A DNA stretch of 63,384 bases from the IMG/VR virus record IMGVR_UViG_3300017987_000091, positions 1-63,384 of that record; one strand, 5' to 3'. The DNA comes from a virus. Lineage: Duplodnaviria; Caudoviricetes. This document shows, piece by piece, positions 8,711 through 16,813 of this stretch. The translations under genes were made by a program, and so were the position numbers. Each line of letters begins with the position of its first letter. Position 1 is the first letter of the stretch. Below the pieces are notes generated by a model. The model was not told the DNA's origin and ran no database searches. It saw only the letters and a list, made by a program, of their open reading frames with translations.

Positions 8711-9445
8711 CTACTGGTCGCCGGCGTCGTGGCCCTGGTGGTCCAGCAGCGCCATCAGGGGATCGCCACCGTCCCCCACCAGGTTCGTCCAGGCATCGAA
8801 CCGGCGCCAGAACACCTCGGCAGCTTCGGCCGTCACCTTCACGGATCGGCCGGCCATCTTCAGGATCGTCATCTTCGGGCCGGGGCCCCGGCTGCGCTGG
8901 TGCTTTTCCGGTGGTGGTTGTTCCTTGGTTTCGTTGATCAGGGGATCGACGCCCAGCGCGTTCATGTCGAAGTCCAGGGACGCCACCAGGTCGTCCAGCT
9001 GCTGCTGATCCCAGGGGAACGTCGTGGCCAGATCTTCGGTGGTGAAGGTCGGCGTTAGGTCGTCGCGCAGCAGTTCGGCCACCTTGATCGCGTCGCTGTC
9101 GAAGCGGTTTTCGTTGAGCTCCATTGCACGGCGGATCGCTTCGGCCCTGCTGATCTTCCCGGCATTGATCACCAGCACCTGGTCCCAGCCCAGATCCCGC
9201 AGGCTGTCCACCCTGTGGTTGCCGTCGAAGACTTCCAGCCGGGGGCCGTCGTCGGTGTCCACTTCCCGCACGTTCAGAACCTGCAGCTGGCCGGATCGGC
9301 GCAGGCTGCCGGTCAGCTTCCTGGCCTTCACGGCGTCGTCGGTTTTGTAGTTCCAGGGGGCCTTCACCAGCTGGCTGACGGGCACCACCTGCAGGGTGCC
9401 TTTGATGTCCAGATCCTTCAGGCCGTTGATCTTTTCTTGTTTCAT
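8711..9445 (-). CDS. ParB/Srx N-terminal-domain protein in the DNA-modification operon
   Basis: VPVSQLVKAPWNYK...VFDGNHRV ParB-like motif, immediately downstream of dpdA. Confidence 0.8.
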   Translation of the reverse strand: MKQEKINGLKDLDIKGTLQVVPVSQLVKAPWNYKTDDAVKARKLTGSLRRSGQLQVLNVREVDTDDGPRLEVFDGNHRVDSLRDLGWDQVLVINAGKISRAEAIRRAMELNENRFDSDAIKVAELLRDDLTPTFTTEDLATTFPWDQQQLDDLVASLDFDMNALGVDPLINETKEQPPPEKHQRSRGPGPKMTILKMAGRSVKVTAEAAEVFWRRFDAWTNLVGDGGDPLMALLDHQGHDAGDQ

Positions 9446-9449
9446 TGTT

Positions 9450-10331
9450 TCACCATTCCACCCCACGGGCAGCCCATAGATCCGTCAGGTATTTTTCATA
9501 TTTCAGGATCTGCTTGAAGGTGTACACACGGCGGGCAATGTATCCCCGCATCCTGGTCCCCGGCACCCTTCTGGCGATCTTGTCGGCCAGCCAGGGCATG
9601 CCTTCGGCGATGGCAGCCTGGATCTGGGAAATGCGCGACATGGTGATCAGCCTGACCGGGGGCCCCGGTTCGAACCGCATGGCGTGCCCCCAGGCCGGCC
9701 CCAGCACGGGGAAGGACCAGTCTGCTGAATGGTAGGGGTAGGCCATCAGGCGCGACGGCACAAAGCTGCCGAAGCAGTGCACCTTCACCTGGGGCCAGTC
9801 GCGCAGCACTTCCCAGGCCTTCCCTTCCCACCGCAGCGTTGCTTCAGCTGCTGGCTGAATGGCCATTCCCCCCAGTGCGATCCGTTGGTGCCCAGCGTTC
9901 AGCTGTCGCTTCAGGACGGCCATGGGCGCCCCGACGTGGGCCACCGGCAGCGGGTGCAGTCCTTCGGCTTCCATGGCCTTCTGATTTCGTGCCGTGGCCA
10001 CGTGGTTCCCGATCACGTCCAGGACGGCGTACACCGCGATCCTGGACTTGAACCCGTGAAGGAACCGGCAGTAGCTGGCCAGGTTGATCGTGGCCCCGGT
10101 GGTCGCTGCGGTGAAGGCCCCCGAATCCATGAACAGTTCACCCCGCGGCCGCGGCAGCAGTTCGCTGCTGTATTCCCCAGGGATGCCGGCCCAGAAGCTG
10201 AAGTCCCCGCAGTGCGGGCCGCCGGCGACGCAGTAGGGGAAGGACCGCAGGATCCTGGTGGCGCCCAGGTCGTTGTACAAGTCGCCTTCTATGGCGCAGT
10301 TCAGGCTTCTGCCGGCCAGGTACAGCTTCAC
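9450..10331 (-). CDS. dpdA: DpdA-like (TGT-fold) DNA 7-deazaguanine transglycosylase
   Basis: FMDSGAFT, LDVIG, PVAH, ALGGM, VHCFG and SADWS TGT-like motifs. GTG start coupled to the folE stop; clustered with que genes. Confidence 0.78.
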   Translation of the reverse strand: MKLYLAGRSLNCAIEGDLYNDLGATRILRSFPYCVAGGPHCGDFSFWAGIPGEYSSELLPRPRGELFMDSGAFTAATTGATINLASYCRFLHGFKSRIAVYAVLDVIGNHVATARNQKAMEAEGLHPLPVAHVGAPMAVLKRQLNAGHQRIALGGMAIQPAAEATLRWEGKAWEVLRDWPQVKVHCFGSFVPSRLMAYPYHSADWSFPVLGPAWGHAMRFEPGPPVRLITMSRISQIQAAIAEGMPWLADKIARRVPGTRMRGYIARRVYTFKQILKYEKYLTDLWAARGVEW

Positions 10332-10963
10332 CTGGTGACACCCCCGGCCAGCTGCAGGAATTCGGCCCTGGCTTCTGGCACGTCGCGCAGTGCGCCCAGC
10401 ATGGCGCTGGTGGTCATGGTCACCCCGGCCTTCTTGATCCCCCTGCATTCAATGCAATCGTGGGTTGCCGTCAGGATCACCCCGACGCCCAGCGGTTCCA
10501 GGTGGTTCTGCATCGCGTCGGCCACCTGCTTCGTGATCCGTTCCTGGATCTGCAGCCGCTTGCTGAAGCAGTCCACCAGCCGGGGGATCTTCGACAGGCC
10601 GACGCAGCGGCCGCCGGCGGGAATGTACCCCACGGCAGCGACGCCGGCGAACGGCATCAGGTGGTGTTCACATGTGCTGCTGAAGGGGATGTTGGCGACG
10701 ACGATCAGCTGGTCGTAGCCTTCGGTTTCGCCGAAGGTGCTGGACAGGATCTGCGCGGGATCTTCCCAGTAGCCGGCCGTCCTTTCGTTCCAGGCGCCGG
10801 CGACGCGATCAGGGGTACCCCGCAGGCCTTCCCGGTTCGGATCTTCCCCGGTAGCTTCCAGCAGCAGCCTGGCGGCCCTTGTCATCTTCGTGAACCTGGC
10901 ATGCCCTTCGGCGATGCCCAGGCCGGCGGTGGGGTAGTACGGCACGTTTCGATCTTCGCCCAT
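10328..10963 (-). CDS. folE: GTP cyclohydrolase I
   Basis: REGLRGTPDRVA, STCEHHLMPF, GLSKIPRLV, RLQIQERIT, HDCIECRG. Confidence 0.96.
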   Translation of the reverse strand: MGEDRNVPYYPTAGLGIAEGHARFTKMTRAARLLLEATGEDPNREGLRGTPDRVAGAWNERTAGYWEDPAQILSSTFGETEGYDQLIVVANIPFSSTCEHHLMPFAGVAAVGYIPAGGRCVGLSKIPRLVDCFSKRLQIQERITKQVADAMQNHLEPLGVGVILTATHDCIECRGIKKAGVTMTTSAMLGALRDVPEARAEFLQLAGGVTR

Positions 10964-11619
10964 CACTTCCACCCCAGCAGCTTCTGCAGCTGCACCGACA
11001 GCGACCAGCCGGGGTTCCTTTCCAGCCAGTCCTGCAGTTCCCGCAGCATTTCCTTGCTGCAGATCGCGGCACCGCTGCACAGCATAGGCTGGATCGACAG
11101 GTCGCCCACGTCGGCAGCCCACGGCCCCAGCACGTCGGTGGGATCGCCACCCCAGGGCGTCGGCCACAGCACCTTGATTTCGTTGATCGGCAGCTTCGGC
11201 GCTTCCAGCACCTTCGGCGACCAGGTGATCCAGCGCCTGAAGTCTTCGTTGAGCTCCACCAGCAGCCTGTCGTCCTTCGGCGCCACGTGGCCGTTGGTTT
11301 CAATCTGAACCAGGGCCAGTTTGTCCCAGCGGTCCAGGGCGTCCAGCAGTTCGGCGTCCACCTGCAGCATCGGTTCCCCGCTGGTCAGGACCAGGTGGCG
11401 CACCTGGCGATCGTTCAGGTGGGCTTCGTAGTCGATCCGCTCCACCAGGGCGTCGTTGTCCAGCACAAGGTGCGCGTCTTCGTGCTGTGGGGTGTCGCAG
11501 AAGCTGCAGTCCTGATCGCACCCGCTGAACCGAACGAACACCGCCGGCGTGCCGGCGAACGTCCCTTCCCCCTGCAGGCTGGTGAAGACTTCGTGCACGT
11601 CGTACATGGGCCCCGTCAT
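10963..11619 (-). CDS. queE: 7-carboxy-7-deazaguanine synthase (radical SAM)
   Basis: EVFTSLQGEG, FVRFSGCDQDCSFCDT (CxxxCxxC), SGEPML, IETNG, SPK, LSVQLQK. Confidence 0.95.
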   Translation of the reverse strand: MTGPMYDVHEVFTSLQGEGTFAGTPAVFVRFSGCDQDCSFCDTPQHEDAHLVLDNDALVERIDYEAHLNDRQVRHLVLTSGEPMLQVDAELLDALDRWDKLALVQIETNGHVAPKDDRLLVELNEDFRRWITWSPKVLEAPKLPINEIKVLWPTPWGGDPTDVLGPWAADVGDLSIQPMLCSGAAICSKEMLRELQDWLERNPGWSLSVQLQKLLGWK

Positions 11620-11966
11620 GGCTGCCACCTGACCACCGATCCGGCGCTTTCTTCCACTTCCACCATGGTCACCCGGTTCCCGGTTCCTTCCAGCCAGGCG
11701 CCCACCGTTTCGACTGCCACGAATTCGGCCAGCCGTTCGGCCGTGGGCTTCTTCAGGATCTTGTTCAGGTCGGTGTGGTCCAGGCCCATCAGCTCCCCCT
11801 TGATCGCGGTGAAGTCCACCAGCATGTCCTTCACCAGCTGGCTGCCCTGGACTTCCACCGTGATGCGCCAGCGGTGCCCGTGGGGGTGTCGGCATGGTCC
11901 AGGGTGATCAGGTAGGTGGTGGGCCGCTTCAATCTCCACCGTCTTGCGAATCGTCCAGGTCGGCAT
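11616..11966 (-). CDS. queD: 6-carboxytetrahydropterin synthase
   Basis: AAHHL...CRHPHGH, LDHTDLN, PTAERLA, VEVEES. Confidence 0.95.
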   Translation of the reverse strand: MPTWTIRKTVEIEAAHHLPDHPGPCRHPHGHRWRITVEVQGSQLVKDMLVDFTAIKGELMGLDHTDLNKILKKPTAERLAEFVAVETVGAWLEGTGNRVTMVEVEESAGSVVRWQP

Positions 11967-12103
11967 CGTTCACCAAAAGGCGGCCCCGAACCGGCCCCCG
12001 GTGGCCGGCTGGGGCCTGGAAGCGGGGGGTGCGAAGTAGGACGCGAACCCCCGCTGTCCTGCTTGAAAAGTGGATCGGTGTGGACCGGGGCACCGTTCCG
12101 CTC

Positions 12104-12142
12104 ATTGTAGGGCAAGCCTTGCCAGGTGGGAAGTGGATCCAC
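12104..12142 (-). promoter_or_regulatory. Candidate que/dpd operon promoter with palindromic operator
   Basis: Minus strand GTGGATCCAC-TTCCCA-N17-TACAAT. Confidence 0.55.
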
Positions 12143-12149
12143 CATAATG

Positions 12150-12460
12150 AATCCGGCCCCAGCGATCCAGGTGGACCGAAGGGGCCGGAAACAGCTGTCA
12201 AACTGTTGGCCTCAATCTAGCCTACCTGGGCCGATCCGGTCAACTTTCCTAGCTGTTTCAATGACATATGCCCACCAGTTACAGGGCCTTGCGTTTGGGC
12301 TGTGCTGGCTGGTGGGGTCGCTGTTCCAAGCGATGCGCCATGTGGGCGAAGCTGCTGCAGCCCGGTTCGCCGGGAAGGCCTGCAGCCCTGGTTTGCGCCA
12401 GGTCCACAGCTGGGGAACGCACGAACAAGGCGTGCGGCCTGCAGGCACCTATTCAAGTAC
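12150..12460. ncRNA. Candidate structured non-coding region
   Basis: Part of a ~600-bp gap between divergent genes, with many stems (tccggcccc/ggggccgga, gaaacagct/agctgtttc, gctgcag/ctgcagc, cgcacg/cgtgcg). Confidence 0.3.
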
Positions 12461-12563
12461 ACCATTGCCCGGTGGGACTTGGGAGTCAGGAACAGGGACT
12501 GGTTGCCCTATTCGTGGCCTTGGCCCGGAAAGAATAGACAGGGTAAAGGAACTTGGTGTGCCC

Positions 12564-12992
12564 ATGGGTTGGAAGGTTGACAAGCGCCTGCTGATGTGGC
12601 GTGAACTGGTGGGGAAACGGGATCGCTGGACGTGCGCGATCTGCGGCCGGAAACGTGGCGAAATCACGATCTGCGTTCATCATGTATGGCCGGCCTACAG
12701 GTACCCCGAACTGCGGTACAGGAAAGGGAACGGGATCTGCATGTGCAGGGGGTGCCACGAAGCCTTCCACCGCCAGTTCGGCGCATCCAAGGCCACCCCC
12801 CGACACCTGGAACGGTTCGCCATCGAACAGGGTGCCAGCACCGCGTTCCTTCTGCGGATCCCGTTGCCGGCCAAGCGCCGGCGAAAACCATGCAAAAAAC
12901 CCCAGAAGCCGAAGCTGACACCAGAACAGCGGTGGTTGCTTGCTGAACAGAAACGAAACGATCGGGAAGCGAAAAAACGCTGGGATATCTGA
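12564..12992 (+). CDS. HNH endonuclease
   Basis: RDRWTCAICG...VHHVWP...NGICMCRGCHEAFH. Confidence 0.88.
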   Translation: MGWKVDKRLLMWRELVGKRDRWTCAICGRKRGEITICVHHVWPAYRYPELRYRKGNGICMCRGCHEAFHRQFGASKATPRHLERFAIEQGASTAFLLRIPLPAKRRRKPCKKPQKPKLTPEQRWLLAEQKRNDREAKKRWDI

Positions 12993-12995
12993 TCT

Positions 12996-13484
12996 TCAGG
13001 GGGAAAGGTCAGCAGGGTCCAGGGCGTCGTCGGCTTCTGCCGGGATCGTCAGTTCGTCGGTGGGCTGGGGTGCTGGCTGCGTTCCGCCTGGCGTCAGGGT
13101 TCCCCACTTGGTGACCACCTGCACCCCCGACAACCCAAGGATCGCGGCCGTCAGCACGAAGATCATGACGATAATCCAGGGGGGGTTCTTCTGGCCCTTG
13201 CTGATCAGACCGCAGATCTTCTTCAGATCCCTGGTGGCTTCCTGCTGTTCATCGATCAGCTTCTGAAGTAGGCGTTGGGTTTCTGCTTCGGCCTTTTCGT
13301 GTTCCTTGCGGTTCTGGTTCAGCCGTTCGCTGATCAGCGTCAGGGCGTTGGCCATTTCCCGATCGGTTTCGTCGCGCAGCCGTTCCCGTTCCAGCAGGGC
13401 CCGCAGCATGTCGTGGAAAGCGTCGGCGCGTTCTTCGGTCGGTTCACCACCATGGCCCGCTGTCGGGGTCGTTGATCCAGGCAT
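12996..13484 (-). CDS. Coiled-coil protein with C-terminal transmembrane helix (lysis region; possibly 3' part of a frameshifted gene starting at 13635)
   Basis: TM segment WIIVMIFVLTAAILGLSGV after a coiled coil; lies downstream of the endolysin. Confidence 0.6.
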   Translation of the reverse strand: MPGSTTPTAGHGGEPTEERADAFHDMLRALLERERLRDETDREMANALTLISERLNQNRKEHEKAEAETQRLLQKLIDEQQEATRDLKKICGLISKGQKNPPWIIVMIFVLTAAILGLSGVQVVTKWGTLTPGGTQPAPQPTDELTIPAEADDALDPADLSP

Positions 13485-13635
13485 CTGCCGCTTTTTCTTC
13501 TTTCTCGCCGTCCAGGCTAAGTTCTTGTTCCATTCTTCCGCGTAGCTTCTGCAGAAAGTCCAGCCGGCCCCGGCGTTTACCGTTGCGCCTTTCTATTTCC
13601 TTCGTCGCACGTCGCACGTGGTCGCGCTTCGTCAC
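13444..13635 (-). CDS. Small charged ORF (possibly 5' part of the 12996-13484 gene)
   Basis: GTG start with a GGGGG RBS; overlaps the next ORF by 41 bp, one base out of frame. Confidence 0.45.
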   Translation of the reverse strand: MTKRDHVRRATKEIERRNGKRRGRLDFLQKLRGRMEQELSLDGEKEEKAADAWINDPDSGPWW

Positions 13636-13651
13636 GGCTACCCCCTACCAC

Positions 13652-14026
13652 TCATTTTCCACCAATTCGCCGGCGAATTCCACCGATCAGGCTGTCCACG
13701 AACCCCTTGGCCAGTGGCTTCGCCACGTGTTCCCCCAGCCAGGCCGCGCCTTCCCGTGCGACAGCGGCAGCACGGGCACGACGACCAGGCCCAAGGACAT
13801 GGCGCCGGATCCCCCGCACGCTGCGCCTGGCTTCCTGGATCGTGATGCCCAGGTGAAGTTCAGGCTGCCCTGACTTGCAGAAGGGATCCGGGGCCCCGCG
13901 CATCCAGAAGCCACGGGGCTGCGGCCGCCAGTACACGTCCACGTTGTACCAGTCCCCACCAAGTCCGCGCAGCTTCCTGCGCAGCTGGTGGGCCTGGGAC
14001 TTCAGCAGCGGGGGGGCGTCAGGCAT
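13652..14026 (-). CDS. Hypothetical basic protein
   Basis: ATG (MPDAPP) coupled to the lipoprotein stop. Confidence 0.55.
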   Translation of the reverse strand: MPDAPPLLKSQAHQLRRKLRGLGGDWYNVDVYWRPQPRGFWMRGAPDPFCKSGQPELHLGITIQEARRSVRGIRRHVLGPGRRARAAAVAREGAAWLGEHVAKPLAKGFVDSLIGGIRRRIGGK

Positions 14027-14670
14027 CAGCACCCCGACAGCTTCACCGTGAACAGCGGGGTGGTGAAGGGTTCCCCTGGTGCTTCCACGATCTTCAGGAT
14101 TTCCTTCACCTGTTCGCTGCCGGGGGAAATGGTGGCCGCCAGGACGGTCAGGATCTTGCAAGCCAGTTCGTTGCCGGCCATCTTCGCCACCACCTTGCCG
14201 ATATCGCAGCCCATGCCGGCGCGTTCCAGCCACGGCATGATCTTGGCTTCGTATTCCTTCAGCTTCGCGTCCACCTTGTCGGGGGTGTCAGGCACGCCAG
14301 GAAGCCCCAGGCACGGGGTGGGGTCGATCGTGATGCCGCCGGCCTGGAAGTCTTCCACGCCGTCCACGATGGCCTGCTTGATCGGGGTGCCCAGCTTCAT
14401 GGTGTAGTCGTGGATCGCCACGTACACGGTGCCTTCAGCGCACTGATCGAAGGTGGCGGGGTTCGTCAGCAGCTTGTCGCCCTGGTCCTTGAAGGACTGC
14501 GCGATATCAGCCACCAGCTGGTCGGTGTCTTCGGAACTGATCGCCGGCGTGCTGGTGCTGCTGCTGGTGCCGGCGCTGTCGTCGTCGTCGGCCGGGGCCT
14601 TGCAGCCCTTGTTCCCCAGGGACATGGTGGCGACCACCGCCACCAAGGTGATCAAAAAGATCCGTCGCAT
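14026..14670 (-). CDS. Putative lipoprotein (lysis accessory or exclusion candidate)
   Basis: MRRIFLITLVAVVATMSLGNKGC signal peptide ending in Cys, then an Asp/Ser linker; directly after the endolysin. Confidence 0.65.
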   Translation of the reverse strand: MRRIFLITLVAVVATMSLGNKGCKAPADDDDSAGTSSSTSTPAISSEDTDQLVADIAQSFKDQGDKLLTNPATFDQCAEGTVYVAIHDYTMKLGTPIKQAIVDGVEDFQAGGITIDPTPCLGLPGVPDTPDKVDAKLKEYEAKIMPWLERAGMGCDIGKVVAKMAGNELACKILTVLAATISPGSEQVKEILKIVEAPGEPFTTPLFTVKLSGC

Positions 14671-14773
14671 GGTGTATCCTTTCGCTGGCGACGGGAAGCC
14701 GGGGCTGACTGCATCAGCTGGGGGGAGACAGCCATTTCAGCCCCGGCCCCCGTCATAAAAACGACCCTTCCCC

Positions 14774-15557
14774 CTATTGCATGAATTCCAGGGCAGCCGC
14801 TTCAGTGCGGGGGCCCCAGATCCCATCTGGCACCAGTCCAGCAGTGCGCTGGAAATCGATCAGGGCCTGCTTGCTGCGGTGGCCCCAGATCCCATCTATC
14901 TGGCCCCTGTAGTGGCCAGCATCTGCAAGGAACCGCTGGCGCCCCTTGGTGGTATTCAGATCCACCCCAGGCACGGCAGCGGCCGGCTGGTTGGCCCGAA
15001 GGGCACGGATCAGGGTTTCCAGCGTCGTGCCGGGGCACGCCGGCTTTCCAAGATCGAAGTGGCCCATGATGGCCGGCCCGGTGCGCCACGTGGTCCACAC
15101 GTCCCTGCAGGCGTCCCACAGGTTCAGGACGGTGCGCAGCTGGGCCAGCGTCGGTTCGCCTTCGTGGGGGTAGGTGGGGGACTTAAAGAAGCCCATGATC
15201 AGAACGCCAAGGTAGTCGGCGTTTTCATCGCCCGGCCGCCGGCGCCAGCCCTGCGACCAGGTGGCCACGTCCAGGTCGTGCAGCTGGTGGATCACGCCGT
15301 CGCCGGTGATCGCCCTGGGATAGCAGATACCGGGGCAGCCGGTGGAGCTAATGTGGTTCGGCCCCACGTGGTACCTGGCGATCCCGAAGATCCCTTCACG
15401 GTCCACCTGGTGGCTGGCCGCATGGTGCAGCACCAGGCCCTTCAATGCCGGGATCCCGGTGGGCGAATTCCTTGGCGCTGTGCTTCGGCAGCAGGCCACG
15501 AAGATCCTGCACCTGCACACCACGTCCTTGCAGCGCCTGGTTCAGCTGTGCGTCCAT
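14774..15557 (-). CDS. Endolysin: Amidase_2-type N-acetylmuramoyl-L-alanine amidase plus peptidoglycan-binding domain; one-base frameshift near 15451
   Basis: LVLHH, ICYP, GHFDL...CPG amidase motifs; IDGIWG...FQRTAGLVPDGIWGPRT PG-binding domain. The ATG at 15557 with RBS is one base out of frame with the catalytic ORF. Confidence 0.85.
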
Positions 15558-15574
15558 TGGTTCCCCCTGTGGTC

Positions 15575-15943
15575 CTACCTGGTCACGTCGCCCAGGATGT
15601 TGAACACACCGCGCACCACTGTCTTTTCCTTGCTGCTGATGGTGATCTGCACGTCGTACCTATAATCGTTGTAGTCCAGATCTTCGGTGTCGGCGGGCAC
15701 GAACTTCGCTTTGAACTTCCCCAGCGTCGGGGCATGGATTTCGATTTCACCGGGGCCCACGTCGCTGTCCTTGCTGATCAGGGCCGTGGTGTCGTCGTAC
15801 CGCTTGCGCACCTGCATGCGCACCCTGGCGCCGGTCAGGTTCACCGCCACGCCGGCGCTGTCGGTGACGGTGCCCAGCCATGTTTTGTTATCACCGCGCA
15901 CCACGTTGATATCCTGCGTCGGTGGGGATGTTGCCACAGTCAT
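15575..15943 (-). CDS. BppU-like Ig-fold virion/tail accessory protein
   Basis: RGDNKTW...VNLTGARVRMQVR...YRYDVQI...TVVRG pattern. Confidence 0.6.
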   Translation of the reverse strand: MTVATSPPTQDINVVRGDNKTWLGTVTDSAGVAVNLTGARVRMQVRKRYDDTTALISKDSDVGPGEIEIHAPTLGKFKAKFVPADTEDLDYNDYRYDVQITISSKEKTVVRGVFNILGDVTR

Positions 15944-15946
15944 CGG

Positions 15947-16111
15947 TCAAACCTCCTCATTGCATTCCAGGACGCAGTACAGCGGTTCTTCTTCGTCCAG
16001 GGTGCAGCCCAGGGGTTCTTCGTACACCACGATCGTGGCGTCTTCCACGTCCAGGATCTGGAAGTCGTGGTTGTCGGCCGGAACGGGGAAGATCCGCTGG
16101 TGGTTGGACAT
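15947..16111 (-). CDS. 54-aa acidic protein (below the ORF-track cutoff)
   Basis: MSNHQRIFPVPADNHDFQILDVEDATIVVYEEPLGCTLDEEEPLYCVLECNEEV; AAGGAAGG RBS; fills the intergenic gap. Confidence 0.6.
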   Translation of the reverse strand: MSNHQRIFPVPADNHDFQILDVEDATIVVYEEPLGCTLDEEEPLYCVLECNEEV

Positions 16112-16126
16112 TGTGCCCTTCCTTTT

Positions 16127-16804
16127 CTACGACAGCTGGGCCGTCATCTTCGGGGTGGTGATCGTGCCGTTCGGCCCGGTGATGCTGGCCTTGTACCAGA
16201 TCGCACGGCCGGCAGTGTAGCCGGGGTTCACCTTCGTGGCCCTGAACACCCCTTCGGCGTCGGCGGCCGCGTCGGCCATCGTGAACAGCACGTTGTCGTC
16301 GGCGTCGTAGGCCGACAGCGCGAAGCTGGAAACACCGCTGGCCACAACCACGCCGTTCCTTTCCAGGTAGGCGTTGGTGTACACGGTGTCGGTGCTGCGA
16401 TCGTAGGCGAAGGCCACCCGCACCCGTTCGTCGTCCACCGATCCACCAACCTTGATTTCGTCCTCACGGATCGGGTTCAGGATCGTGGTGCCGGGGGACT
16501 GGCGCGTGCTGTACCTGTACACGTCACCACCGGCCGCCGGGTTCGTGATCGCGCTGGTGTCAAAGTCCCAGTAGTAGATCCCTTCTTTCGCCGTTTCGGT
16601 GCCGTCCAGTTCGCCCAGGGCTTCTTCCTTGGTGGTGTGCCCCGCGGCCTTGAAGGTGGCGTCATTGAAGTCATAGAACTGGCCGTCCGATTCCCGCCAC
16701 AGGGACAGCAGCCAGTCGGTCACCCCGGTCAGCGGGGTGCGGCCGTCCAGCGCGAAGGCACGGGCCCAGATCCGTTCCGTGTCACCTGTTTGAATTCTGA
16801 TCAT
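16127..16804 (-). CDS. Hypothetical virion-associated protein
   Basis: Beta-rich 225-aa ORF in the tail fibre region. Confidence 0.6.
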   Translation of the reverse strand: MIRIQTGDTERIWARAFALDGRTPLTGVTDWLLSLWRESDGQFYDFNDATFKAAGHTTKEEALGELDGTETAKEGIYYWDFDTSAITNPAAGGDVYRYSTRQSPGTTILNPIREDEIKVGGSVDDERVRVAFAYDRSTDTVYTNAYLERNGVVVASGVSSFALSAYDADDNVLFTMADAAADAEGVFRATKVNPGYTAGRAIWYKASITGPNGTITTPKMTAQLS

Positions 16805-16813
16805 TGTCTTCCC

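Noticed and set aside
8711-9445. ParABS plasmid partitioning
   Set aside because: No ParA was seen, and the ParB-like domain sits in the dpdA operon.
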